A stretch of DNA of 64,000 bases from a virus (Duplodnaviria > Caudoviricetes). The notes below the pieces were generated by a model that worked only from the letters and a program-made list of their open reading frames with translations, did no database searches and was not told the DNA's origin. Shown piece after piece: positions 19,059-26,582 of the stretch. Each line of letters opens with the position of its first letter. The first letter of the stretch is position 1. The translations under genes and the position numbers were made by a program. The stretch spans positions 13,833 to 77,832 of IMG/VR virus record IMGVR_UViG_2706795618_000001; one strand, 5' to 3'.

Positions 19059-19132
19059 GGGGCGGTAGCTCAGTCGGTTAGAGCCACGGACTCATAATCC
19101 GTTGGTCGTGGGTTCGAGCCCCACCCGCCCTA
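19059..19132 (+). tRNA. tRNA with CAT anticodon (Ile2-like or elongator Met)
   Basis: Acceptor GGGGCGG/CCGCCCT, D-arm GCTC/GAGC, anticodon stem ACGGA-CTCATAA-TCCGT, T-loop TTCGAGC; no encoded CCA. Confidence 0.93.
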
Positions 19133-19151
19133 CAAAGATCGGCCCTGTTCG

Positions 19152-19213
19152 TTGCGGCCTTTTCGTCTAGTGAGCTATAACTGTCTTACCGGGGCAGGTA
19201 CCAGACCAGCCCC
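19152..19213 (+). promoter_or_regulatory. Repeat cassette copy 1 (promoter + operator + 5' hairpin)
   Basis: TTGCGG-N18-TATAAC, GTCTAGTGAGCTA, GGGGC-A-GGT-ACCAG-ACC-A-GCCCC. Confidence 0.85.
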
Positions 19214-19233
19214 CGAGCCCCGAGGGGGACGTT

Positions 19234-19473
19234 ATGGGTCAGACGGTCAAGATCGCCAGCCGCGCGCGTCGGCACGGTGGGGGTCGTGCCCGGATCATCG
19301 CCGCGATGCGGCACTGCCAAGATCCCCAGGTCTCCGAGGACCGGCCGGGTGTCGTGGAATTCCGCGGCCTGGACGACCACGGCAAGGGGCTGGTGATCCT
19401 GGTCCGCGACGGCGACCGTCGGCCGAACGAGCTGGTGGTGTTCCACGTCCACCCGGTCGCGTTCTACCGCTGA
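19234..19473 (+). CDS. Hypothetical protein, possible BrnT/RelE-like toxin fold
   Basis: ARRHG...G.DDHG..L.I...VFHVHP pattern. Confidence 0.5.
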   Translation: MGQTVKIASRARRHGGGRARIIAAMRHCQDPQVSEDRPGVVEFRGLDDHGKGLVILVRDGDRRPNELVVFHVHPVAFYR

Positions 19474-19485
19474 CCGGCCCAGGCC

Positions 19486-19514
19486 AACACCCCGGGGATT
19501 CCCCGGGGTGTTTT
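19486..19514 (+). terminator. Intrinsic terminator
   Basis: 12-bp stem AACACCCCGGGG/CCCCGGGGTGTT followed by Ts. Confidence 0.85.
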
Positions 19515-19555
19515 GCTATCCGGCGCTGGACATTTCCACGCATTTGGCCAGCTCG

Positions 19556-19617
19556 TTGCGGGTAGGCCGTCTAGTGAGCTATAAACGAGTCACCGGGGCA
19601 GGTAGCAGACCAGCCCC
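19556..19617 (+). promoter_or_regulatory. Repeat cassette copy 2
   Basis: TTGCGG-N18-TATAAA, operator, hairpin with AGCAG loop. Confidence 0.85.
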
Positions 19618-19639
19618 CCGAGGGGAAGGAACCCCCACC

Positions 19640-20587
19640 ATGGCCGGAACAACCACCTACATCGCCACCGACCCCAATGGCACCGAGCACACCCGCGCCA
19701 GCCGAACGATGGCCTACACCCACGCCCTGCTGGTCAGCGACGACGACGCCCGCACGTGGTACGCCCGCAGCTGGCACACCAGCGAGCGGACCGCCAACGA
19801 CGCCCTGAGCTCCAACGGCAGCTACTCACCCAGCGGAATCCGTCGCCTGGTGGAGGTCACCGAGAAGCCCAAGGGCCGCCAGCCCAAGGCCAAGCTGACC
19901 CCGCTGTCAGCGGTGGGTTCGACGGGTGACGCGATCCTGGACGCGGCCGTCGCAGCCGCTGCCGACGACGCCACCACCGAGGGGGAGGAGACCCCACAGC
20001 AGCGCCGCAACCGCAAGGCGCGGGAACGGCGCGCGGCCAAAAAGCAGGCCACGGGGGAGGTGGTGGCCACGGTGACGCCGGAACCCACGGTCGAGCAGGA
20101 GGCCGAGGTCCGGGTGGTGTCATTCGCTGACGACTGGGACGCGGCCCCCGTCGGTGCCCGGCCGGTCGAGGACGACGTGCCCGCGGCCGACGACGGCCAG
20201 GAGGTGGCCGACCTGGAGAGCCAGCCCGAGGAACCGGAGGCCGACGACACCACCACGGTGGAGCCGGTAGAGGAGGGGCAGGCCGACGACACGGAGAGCC
20301 AGCCGGCCGAACCGAGCGCGTCGGAGGACGACCAGCCGGAAGTGGTGGAGGTCGAGGACCAGCCGGAACCCGAGACGGCCGACACCGACGAGGCCATCAG
20401 CGCCGCGCTGGAGGTCACCCCCGAGCAGATCGAGGAGGCCAAGGCCCAGGTGGTCAAGGGGGAGCGGTGCCCGGGATACAAGATGGCGGTTCCCGACAAC
20501 GGCAAGCGTCGCGCGGAGTGCCCGGTCTGCGGTCACAGCGTCAAGCGCTACGCCAAGTCGGGGTTGCTGGGGTCGCATCGCGCGTAG
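19640..20587 (+). CDS. Acidic low-complexity protein with C-terminal Cys/His domain
   Basis: ATG after RBS GGAAGGA; D/E-rich middle; ERCPGY...CPVCGHSVKRY...GSH. Confidence 0.8.
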   Translation: MAGTTTYIATDPNGTEHTRASRTMAYTHALLVSDDDARTWYARSWHTSERTANDALSSNGSYSPSGIRRLVEVTEKPKGRQPKAKLTPLSAVGSTGDAILDAAVAAAADDATTEGEETPQQRRNRKARERRAAKKQATGEVVATVTPEPTVEQEAEVRVVSFADDWDAAPVGARPVEDDVPAADDGQEVADLESQPEEPEADDTTTVEPVEEGQADDTESQPAEPSASEDDQPEVVEVEDQPEPETADTDEAISAALEVTPEQIEEAKAQVVKGERCPGYKMAVPDNGKRRAECPVCGHSVKRYAKSGLLGSHRA

Positions 20588-20589
20588 GC

Positions 20590-20643
20590 CCGACGTAGAA
20601 CGGGGCCGGTGGGGTAACGACCACCGGCCCCGTTCTACGTCGG
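20590..20643. terminator. 23-bp perfect inverted repeat (probable terminator)
   Basis: CCGACGTAGAACGGGGCCGGTGG / exact reverse complement, 8-nt loop. Confidence 0.75.
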
Positions 20644-20667
20644 CACGCTGGTCATCGCCGCTGGTAG

Positions 20668-20730
20668 TTGCGGCACGGCCGTCTAGTGAGCTATACCTTT
20701 CGGTACCGGGGCAGGTGACGGACCAGCCCC
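20668..20730 (+). promoter_or_regulatory. Repeat cassette copy 3
   Basis: TTGCGG-N18-TATACC, operator, hairpin with GACGG loop. Confidence 0.85.
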
Positions 20731-20750
20731 CAAACCCGAGAGGGGTACCA

Positions 20751-21257
20751 ATGTCCAGGACCGCCGACCTGCCAGCCAGCACCGCCAGCAAGATGGCCGC
20801 TACGCACGCGGTCGGCCTGTCCTACTGGGCTGACCACCCGACGGCCAGCCACGTGTGGGCGGTGGACCAGTACCAGCAGGTCCATGTGGTCAAGATCAGC
20901 GCCACTCACGGCACCGCCCAGCATGTGTGCAACCGCTATGCCGACCGCAACCACACCAGCGGGTGCGACGGGCACGACCGGGTGATGTCGTACTCCGACC
21001 CCGCGGCCATCGCGCGGGAGTTGGGCATCACGCGAGCAGCCGCCATCATGGCGGTCTGCCAGTTCGTCGCCGTGTCGGAGGTGTGGCAGCCAGCCGAGGA
21101 ACCGGCCCGGCCGCTGACCCTGGTACCGGGGGAGCGGTGCCCCGGGTACGGCCAAGTGGTGGACGGCGACGGCCACCGGGCCAAGTGCCCGCACTGCGGC
21201 CGTAGCGTCAAGCGGTACGCCACCGGCAAGCTGGGCAGCCACCGAGTCGCTGCCTGA
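20751..21257 (+). CDS. Hypothetical protein with the same C-terminal Cys/His domain as 19640-20587
   Basis: RBS GAGAGGGG; ERCPGY...CPHCGRSVKRY...GSH. Confidence 0.8.
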   Translation: MSRTADLPASTASKMAATHAVGLSYWADHPTASHVWAVDQYQQVHVVKISATHGTAQHVCNRYADRNHTSGCDGHDRVMSYSDPAAIARELGITRAAAIMAVCQFVAVSEVWQPAEEPARPLTLVPGERCPGYGQVVDGDGHRAKCPHCGRSVKRYATGKLGSHRVAA

Positions 21258-21266
21258 CCACCACCC

Positions 21267-21290
21267 CGACCCCCGGCACCCCGGGGGTCG
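21267..21290 (+). terminator. Hairpin after cassette 3
   Basis: 10-bp stem CGACCCCCGG/CCGGGGGTCG. Confidence 0.6.
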
Positions 21291-21408
21291 CCTGCTATCG
21301 GGGTGTTGGCAGCGCTGCAGCGACGCCTGCCGGACCGGCACGCGGTCGCGCGGGTAACCACACCCCGCCACCAATTCCGACCGTGCAGGCGGTCATTCTT
21401 GCTGGTAG

Positions 21409-21470
21409 TTGCGTACGGGCCGTCTAGTGAGCTATAACGGTCTTACCGGGGCAGGTACCAGACCAGCCCC
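21409..21470 (+). promoter_or_regulatory. Repeat cassette copy 4
   Basis: TTGCGT-N18-TATAAC, operator, hairpin with ACCAG loop. Confidence 0.85.
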
Positions 21471-21488
21471 CACCGGAGAGGACACAAC

Positions 21489-21704
21489 ATGGACACCATC
21501 ACCGTCTGGACCCTGATCATCGTCGGCGACAACGAGGACAGCACGTCCGTGTCGCTGCACCCCAGCGAGGCCGCAGCGCTGGGCCACCTCCGCGATTTGT
21601 ACGACATCCCGGAATGGGTCGAGGACGTGGTGGATGCGGTCAACAACGCCCCCGGGGATGAGGTGCGGTTTGTGATGCTCGACAGTCACGACCACTACTG
21701 CTAA
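21489..21704 (+). CDS. Small acidic hypothetical protein
   Basis: RBS GGAGAGGA; sole gene of cassette 4. Confidence 0.75.
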   Translation: MDTITVWTLIIVGDNEDSTSVSLHPSEAAALGHLRDLYDIPEWVEDVVDAVNNAPGDEVRFVMLDSHDHYC

Positions 21705-21717
21705 GCCCCCACCTGGC

Positions 21718-21747
21718 CGAACCCCCGCGCAACCGTGCGGGGGTTCG
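21718..21747 (+). terminator. Hairpin after cassette 4
   Basis: 13-bp stem CGAACCCCCGCGC/GTGCGGGGGTTCG. Confidence 0.7.
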
Positions 21748-21751
21748 CTCG

Positions 21752-21812
21752 TTGTGGCCCTTGGGTGAACCGAGCTACGGTCACCACCGACGGGCAGGCA
21801 TTAGGCCAGCCC
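21752..21812 (+). promoter_or_regulatory. Repeat cassette copy 5 (left operator half lost; compensatory change in hairpin)
   Basis: TTGTGG-N18-TACGGT; GGGC-A-GGC-ATTAG-GCC-A-GCCC. Confidence 0.75.
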
Positions 21813-21834
21813 CCAACCCGATAGGGGAATTGTC

Positions 21835-22107
21835 ATGTCAGACAACGTCACCGCCACACCTGGCAACTCCGACGGCGATTACGGAAAGTTTGCCGTTTTG
21901 TTCTCCCACGCCTCCAGCGCGGTCTATGACGAGCTGGTCACCACGCACCGGTTCTCCAGCGATGTCGGCGCGCGGGTGTTCGGCGACAAGATCGCCTACG
22001 TCCAGGGGGTGGAGTACGAAGTGATGGAGCTGACGGCCGACGGGTGGCGTAGCGCGCGCGGGGAATCGCCCGTCGAGGTGATCCGTCGTCGTTGGCAGGG
22101 TCGGTGA
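21835..22107 (+). CDS. Hypothetical protein
   Basis: RBS AGGGGAA. Confidence 0.7.
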   Translation: MSDNVTATPGNSDGDYGKFAVLFSHASSAVYDELVTTHRFSSDVGARVFGDKIAYVQGVEYEVMELTADGWRSARGESPVEVIRRRWQGR

Positions 22108-22370
22108 GCGGCCGCCGGCCGCGGGGCGGCGTGATGGTGCACCCCAAGGTCGAGGACTTTGCCAGCCAAAGTGAGGTGCTGGTCCAGTACACCGACGACG
22201 GGCCGGATTCGGTGGGGCTCCGCTCGTTCTTCGCGTACTGGCTGGCCGGGAACATCGGGCCGCGGAAAGATCAGTACGGGGTTCACGGCCAGGTGTTCGT
22301 CGTGCCCCCGGCGACATTCGCTGCTCGCCAGGCCATTCTGGGCGGGACCGTACGGGAATGGGTACCCTGA
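22104..22370 (+). CDS. Hypothetical protein
   Basis: GTGA overlap; start uncertain. Confidence 0.55.
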   Translation: MSGRRPRGGVMVHPKVEDFASQSEVLVQYTDDGPDSVGLRSFFAYWLAGNIGPRKDQYGVHGQVFVVPPATFAARQAILGGTVREWVP

Positions 22371-22500
22371 CCCGGGCCGTCTGCTCTGTCGTCGCGTCCG
22401 TCAATAGTGGGCATTCGACGCGCCAGGCTGTGGTTCGATTGGCCCCCAACACGGTGGGGCGCACCGCCAACACCGACAGAACGAGAGGTGCGGGTGGTTC

Positions 22501-23022
22501 GTGAAGTGTCCAGATTGCGGGTCGGCCATGACATATGGCGATGGCGACGGCGTGCACTACACCGAGGGGTACTGGTGGTGCCCGACGTGCGGCAACGAGA
22601 TTCACCCCGACGACGACGGAACAGAGGAGAAGGAAGCGCGGGCGATGACGCCAGCAGAATTCCGCATTACGCGCGACTACCTGGGCCTGCCACCCGTGTG
22701 GCTGGCCGAGCGGCTCAATGTGCGTGAGCGCACGCTGTCGCGCTGGGAGCACGGCGGTGCCCCCATCCCCCCGGGCGTGATGGAGGAGTTGGCCGCCATC
22801 GCGGAACTGACGGCGCGGCGGGTGGATTCGCTGGTCGAGGAGCTGGAGGCCGGCGGTGAGCTCGTGACGTACCGGACGGATGAGGACTACCGGTCGTCGG
22901 GGATCGCCGACGGGCGGGTGTTCCCGGCATCGTGGCACCGCGCCATCGCGGCCCGCGTGATGGATGCGTGCCCCAACGTGGTGGTGGTGTACAGCGCCGA
23001 CCAGGCGGCTGACGCCAGCTAG
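22501..23022 (+). CDS. Zn-ribbon plus XRE-type HTH protein
   Basis: CPDC/CPTC; MTPAEFRITRDYLGL..WLAERLNV.ERT..RWE HTH. Confidence 0.75.
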   Translation: MKCPDCGSAMTYGDGDGVHYTEGYWWCPTCGNEIHPDDDGTEEKEARAMTPAEFRITRDYLGLPPVWLAERLNVRERTLSRWEHGGAPIPPGVMEELAAIAELTARRVDSLVEELEAGGELVTYRTDEDYRSSGIADGRVFPASWHRAIAARVMDACPNVVVVYSADQAADAS

Positions 23023-23039
23023 CACCACGGCGTGATGTC

Positions 23040-23064
23040 GGCCCCCACCGGTATGGTGGGGGCC
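23040..23064 (+). terminator. Hairpin after cassette 5
   Basis: 10-bp stem GGCCCCCACC/GGTGGGGGCC. Confidence 0.65.
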
Positions 23065-23107
23065 GTTCGTCGTACTGGGAGCCTTTATCCACGTTTGGCC
23101 TGGTCAC

Positions 23108-23167
23108 TTGTGGCCGGATGTCTAGTGAGCTATAACTGACATCACCGGGCAGGTACCAGACCAGCCC
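23108..23167 (+). promoter_or_regulatory. Repeat cassette copy 6
   Basis: TTGTGG-N17-TATAAC, operator, hairpin with ACCAG loop. Confidence 0.85.
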
Positions 23168-23190
23168 ACAACCCTGAGAGAGGGACCAGC

Positions 23191-24390
23191 ATGTCGAACA
23201 CCACCCTTCCCCCCGTCCCCACCCGTACGCTGCGCGGCGCGAACATCGCCGATCTGGTCGGCCTGTTGCAGCTCCAGCACCGCCAGAAGGTGGACGTGGT
23301 GGTGCCGGTGTCCACCCTGGCCATGCGCGGTGGCCTGTTGCAGTTCCCGATGCTCGACCCCGTGGTGGATGAGAGCGGCGTGACCGACATCGCCGGTCAG
23401 TACCGCCGCACCGACACGGTGGACCAGCAGCTGGGCCAGCTGTTCGACATCCCGGTCCGCTACGTGCGGACGTTGGCCGACAGCTACACCGAGCTGTTGG
23501 ATACCAACGTCAACATGTGGGCCGAGAAGGAGGGGGAGTCCAGCAAGCCGCGCCGGGTGCTGGTGCGGATGCTGTACGGCCAGGACGACGACCACCCCGG
23601 CACCAACGGCCTGGTCCGCGCGATCCTTTCGAGCCGGTACGGGATCCGGGACAACCTCGACACCGTGTTGTCGGTCCTCGACGGTATGCGGGAGGGCGGC
23701 CTGGGAGCCGACAACATCCGCGGGGCCGACCTGACCGACGACCGGCTGTGGTTGCGGGTCCACGCCCCAGAGCTGGCCGTCAACGCGGGCAACCTGGCCA
23801 ACGGGTACCGGTCGCCGTTCACCGGTCAGGAAGCCAAGGATCTGCCGTTGGTCCACGCCGGCATCATCGTGGAGAACAGCGAGACAGGTGGCGGGGCGCT
23901 GAAGGTGACGCCCGAGCTGATCATGCAGGTGTGCATGAACGGGATGAAGATCAACACCGCCGCGATGCGCCGGGTCCACCTGGGCACGAAACTCGATGAG
24001 GGCCAGATCAAGTGGAGCACCGCGACGGTGGACGCGGCCAACGAGCTGACAAAGCAGCAGATCAAGGACGCGGTGTCGAGCTTCATGACCAAGGAGTTCG
24101 TGGAATCGACTGTGGCCAAGCTGAACGAGGCCGCGGGGGTGGAGATTGAAGATCCCACCCAAACGGTCGAGGTGGTGGCCAAGAAGCTGAGCTACAGCGA
24201 CGAGGTGGCCAAGGGCATCCTGGGCCACTTCATGGCCAGCGTGGTGCCGACCGGAGGTGGTCTGAAGTACACGGCCGGTCACATGATGCACGCGGTGACC
24301 AGCTACTGCCAGGTGATCGAGGACGTGGACAAGGCCAACGAGGTCGGGGCCACGGGCGTGGAGGCCATGCTGATCGCCGCGGGCCGGTAG
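23191..24390 (+). CDS. DUF932-like domain protein
   Basis: VRAILSSRY..RDN, NSETGGGALKV, VCMNGM motifs. Confidence 0.75.
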   Translation: MSNTTLPPVPTRTLRGANIADLVGLLQLQHRQKVDVVVPVSTLAMRGGLLQFPMLDPVVDESGVTDIAGQYRRTDTVDQQLGQLFDIPVRYVRTLADSYTELLDTNVNMWAEKEGESSKPRRVLVRMLYGQDDDHPGTNGLVRAILSSRYGIRDNLDTVLSVLDGMREGGLGADNIRGADLTDDRLWLRVHAPELAVNAGNLANGYRSPFTGQEAKDLPLVHAGIIVENSETGGGALKVTPELIMQVCMNGMKINTAAMRRVHLGTKLDEGQIKWSTATVDAANELTKQQIKDAVSSFMTKEFVESTVAKLNEAAGVEIEDPTQTVEVVAKKLSYSDEVAKGILGHFMASVVPTGGGLKYTAGHMMHAVTSYCQVIEDVDKANEVGATGVEAMLIAAGR

Positions 24391-24406
24391 CCCCAGCGCG
24401 AAATAC

Positions 24407-24441
24407 GAAGAACCCCCGGGTGATTGACCCGGGGGTTCTTC
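24407..24441. terminator. Probable bidirectional terminator between DUF932 gene and integrase
   Basis: 14-bp perfect stem GAAGAACCCCCGGG/CCCGGGGGTTCTTC. Confidence 0.8.
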
Positions 24442-24514
24442 CACCTTTACCCAACACCACCAGCGGGGGTTAGCGCGCCCACCCGCAGCGTGTTGGTTGG
24501 TGATCGTACAGCAG

Positions 24515-25612
24515 CTAGGCCGGTGTCTCGGTGCACGGCGTGACGATGGCCGTCAGGTTGGCCAGCACCACGTCGATGTGCTGTTCCACCGGGCCGTCCA
24601 CGCAGACCACCGGGGGGTCGGCCAGCGGGGACGTGCTGGCCAACATGCCGACCAACACCGGACACATGAACCCGACACACGCCACCACGGCGGCGATCAC
24701 CCCCGGAACGCCCTGGGGCCGCCTCCTGGCGCTGTCGGCCGCGGCTTCCATCGCGGCGCGTGTCTCGGCATCGTCCACGGCGGTGTACCGCTCGGTGACC
24801 GCGACGTTGGCGTGGCCCAGGAGCGTCTGCACAGCGCGCAGGTTGCGCGTGCCGCGATAGGCGCGGGTAGCGAACCTATGACGGAGGGTGTGCATGGTCC
24901 ACCCGGCAGGCATGGCCTCAGCGACCATCTTGCCGACCCACCTAGGCGATAGGTGGCCGTTGTCGTCGCCGGGAAACAGGTACCCCTCCTCCCCGTAGGC
25001 CGCCATCTCCGGGCTGTGCCCGGGCGCGCCCTGGGCGATCAGGTCGGCCAGCTCGTAGGTGATGGGCACGACCCGTTCCCGGTTGCCCTTGCCGTGGATG
25101 AGCAGCTGGGGTCCGTCGAACCCCTCGCGGAGGTCGCGAGTGTGGACCACCGCCACCTCGGCGCGCCGCAGACCCACCTCCCCGGCCAACCGCATCATCA
25201 GGGCGACCCGTGGTCCCGCGTCCGTCAGGGCCTTGTCCCAGACGCGATCGGGGGCCGGTCGGGGCGACGGTTTGTCCGGTTTGATCGTCGGAAGTTCGGT
25301 CGCCGGGTTACTCGTCAGGTAGCCCTCCTTGTGTGCCCAGGCAAAGAATTGGGCGGCGCTGTTGCGATACCCTCGGCGCGTTTCTATACGCCACTGTGAC
25401 TGGCTAGCAAACCATCGCTTAAGTGAATCGCTGGTAACGGAATTGGGATCGTGGCTAAGTTCGCGCGACATCCGGCGAACATGATTAAGCCTCGTGGTAA
25501 TGGTGCTCTGAGGCCGCCCCGCGGCGCGCAATTCCGCTGTGTAGCCGTCGATTAGAGGCACCCACCGGTGAGGCACCGGGGTGGGGGCTGGCCCACTTTT
25601 GGGCCGTGTCAT
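24515..25612 (-). CDS. int: Tyrosine integrase lacking the N-terminal arm-binding domain
   Basis: GLRRAEV, HGKGNRER, HTLRHRFAT, LLGHA...TERY catalytic motifs; ATG 25612 preferred. Confidence 0.95.
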   Translation of the reverse strand: MTRPKSGPAPTPVPHRWVPLIDGYTAELRAAGRPQSTITTRLNHVRRMSRELSHDPNSVTSDSLKRWFASQSQWRIETRRGYRNSAAQFFAWAHKEGYLTSNPATELPTIKPDKPSPRPAPDRVWDKALTDAGPRVALMMRLAGEVGLRRAEVAVVHTRDLREGFDGPQLLIHGKGNRERVVPITYELADLIAQGAPGHSPEMAAYGEEGYLFPGDDNGHLSPRWVGKMVAEAMPAGWTMHTLRHRFATRAYRGTRNLRAVQTLLGHANVAVTERYTAVDDAETRAAMEAAADSARRRPQGVPGVIAAVVACVGFMCPVLVGMLASTSPLADPPVVCVDGPVEQHIDVVLANLTAIVTPCTETPA

Positions 25613-25743
25613 GGGTATCACAGCGGCAAGATTAGGCCCACTTACGTTTCCGTAGAAATTAGCTTCAAGATCGTTACCGTACCGTGACGAAACACGCTGT
25701 GGCAAAGGTAATCCCACGTCAGGCGGGGTGCTATGGGCGGCAG

Positions 25744-26133
25744 TCACGCTGCGTCGCAATCGCTTTGCTGAGATTGCCCGTCCGGGGCACCAGCTACCGA
25801 AGACACCAAGCTCAGCTTGGGTCGAGTCACGAAACAGAAGGTTAGGGGTTCGAATCCCTTCGGGCGCACCGCATCATCGGCGGGTGGGGGTTCCCACCCG
25901 CCGATTCCCTTTTCTAGCCAACTAACGGGCACCCCGCAGGCCAACGCCCAGGCGTTGAGAACCACTTTGCGGGGATTCGTCATTCCACGCTCGGCGTTGG
26001 ACACCACATGCCGAGACACACCCATCAGCTCGGCCAGCTGCTGCTGGTCGAGGTCTGCTTCCTCGCGCGCGATGCGCAGCCGGTACTTCAGGCGTGACGG
26101 GGGGATAGTCCCCTGTTCGTATGCGCTTGTCAT
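25744..26133 (-). CDS. Immunity repressor (XRE HTH) interrupted by attP, with C-terminal ssrA-like tail
   Basis: RLRIAREEADLDQQQLAELMGVSRHVVSNAERG; VRPKGFEPLTF; ends DCDAA; TAAAGT -10 box 7 nt before ATG. Confidence 0.92.
   Translation of the reverse strand: MTSAYEQGTIPPSRLKYRLRIAREEADLDQQQLAELMGVSRHVVSNAERGMTNPRKVVLNAWALACGVPVSWLEKGIGGWEPPPADDAVRPKGFEPLTFCFVTRPKLSLVSSVAGAPDGQSQQSDCDAA
25835..25870 (+). other. attP: attP common core, matching the 3' half of a tRNA (recalled as tRNA-Arg ACG)
   Basis: CAGAAGGTTAGGGGTTCGAATCCCTTCGGGCGCACC has a T-arm and acceptor 3' strand but no 5' tRNA half. Confidence 0.88.
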
Positions 26134-26351
26134 GTCGCGTACTTTAACGCGCTTTCGCGCGGCTTAGCAATTGTTCTAAGCCAAGTCACACGCCATAGAT
26201 ACCGCCTCAATTAGCTGCAACCAGCAAACTCCACACCACACGGCACAGGCCGCGACCACAGCAAAGGTCGCGGCCTGTGGTGTTTTCGCGTGTACACGCG
26301 AAAACGCGGAGTGTCGCACTTGCGGGCCTATGCGAATATGCGTAAAGATCC
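26134..26351. promoter_or_regulatory. Divergent repressor/early control region with palindromes
   Basis: GGCTTAG-N8-CTAAGCC 26161-26182; 14-bp IR 26244-26279; 24-bp perfect palindrome 26282-26305. Confidence 0.7.
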
Positions 26352-26582
26352 GTGCCTATGACCGACACCACAGCAACAACCAGTGACCCGCCCGAGCCCG
26401 AACTGACAGCCCGCCAAGCGGCCGCGGAGTTCGGTGTTCCGCAACGTGTTTTCCAGTACGCCGCCCAGCGCGGACTGATCCCCAACCGCCGCGTCGGCAA
26501 CGCCTACCTGCTCAACCGCTCGGGATGTGCCGCGTACGCCACGGCCTACCGATCCCGTCGGCGCGACCGGGCAGCCTCATGA
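26352..26582 (+). CDS. Cro/excisionase-like HTH protein
   Basis: LTARQAAAEFGV...YAAQRGLIP..RVG.AYL; divergent from repressor. Confidence 0.75.
   Translation: MPMTDTTATTSDPPEPELTARQAAAEFGVPQRVFQYAAQRGLIPNRRVGNAYLLNRSGCAAYATAYRSRRRDRAAS

Noticed and set aside
19152-23167. Dispersed repeats read as a CRISPR or mini-array
   Set aside because: Repeats are separated by whole genes of 0.3-1.4 kb, contain -35/-10 boxes, and no cas genes are present
25613-25759. Integrase start at 25759 as in the ORF track
   Set aside because: It would overlap the repressor end and the extension looks non-coding; ATG 25612 has a TAATCT -10-like box upstream
25810-25870. A second tRNA gene
   Set aside because: Only the 3' half is present; there is no D-arm or 5' acceptor strand, so it is the attP core
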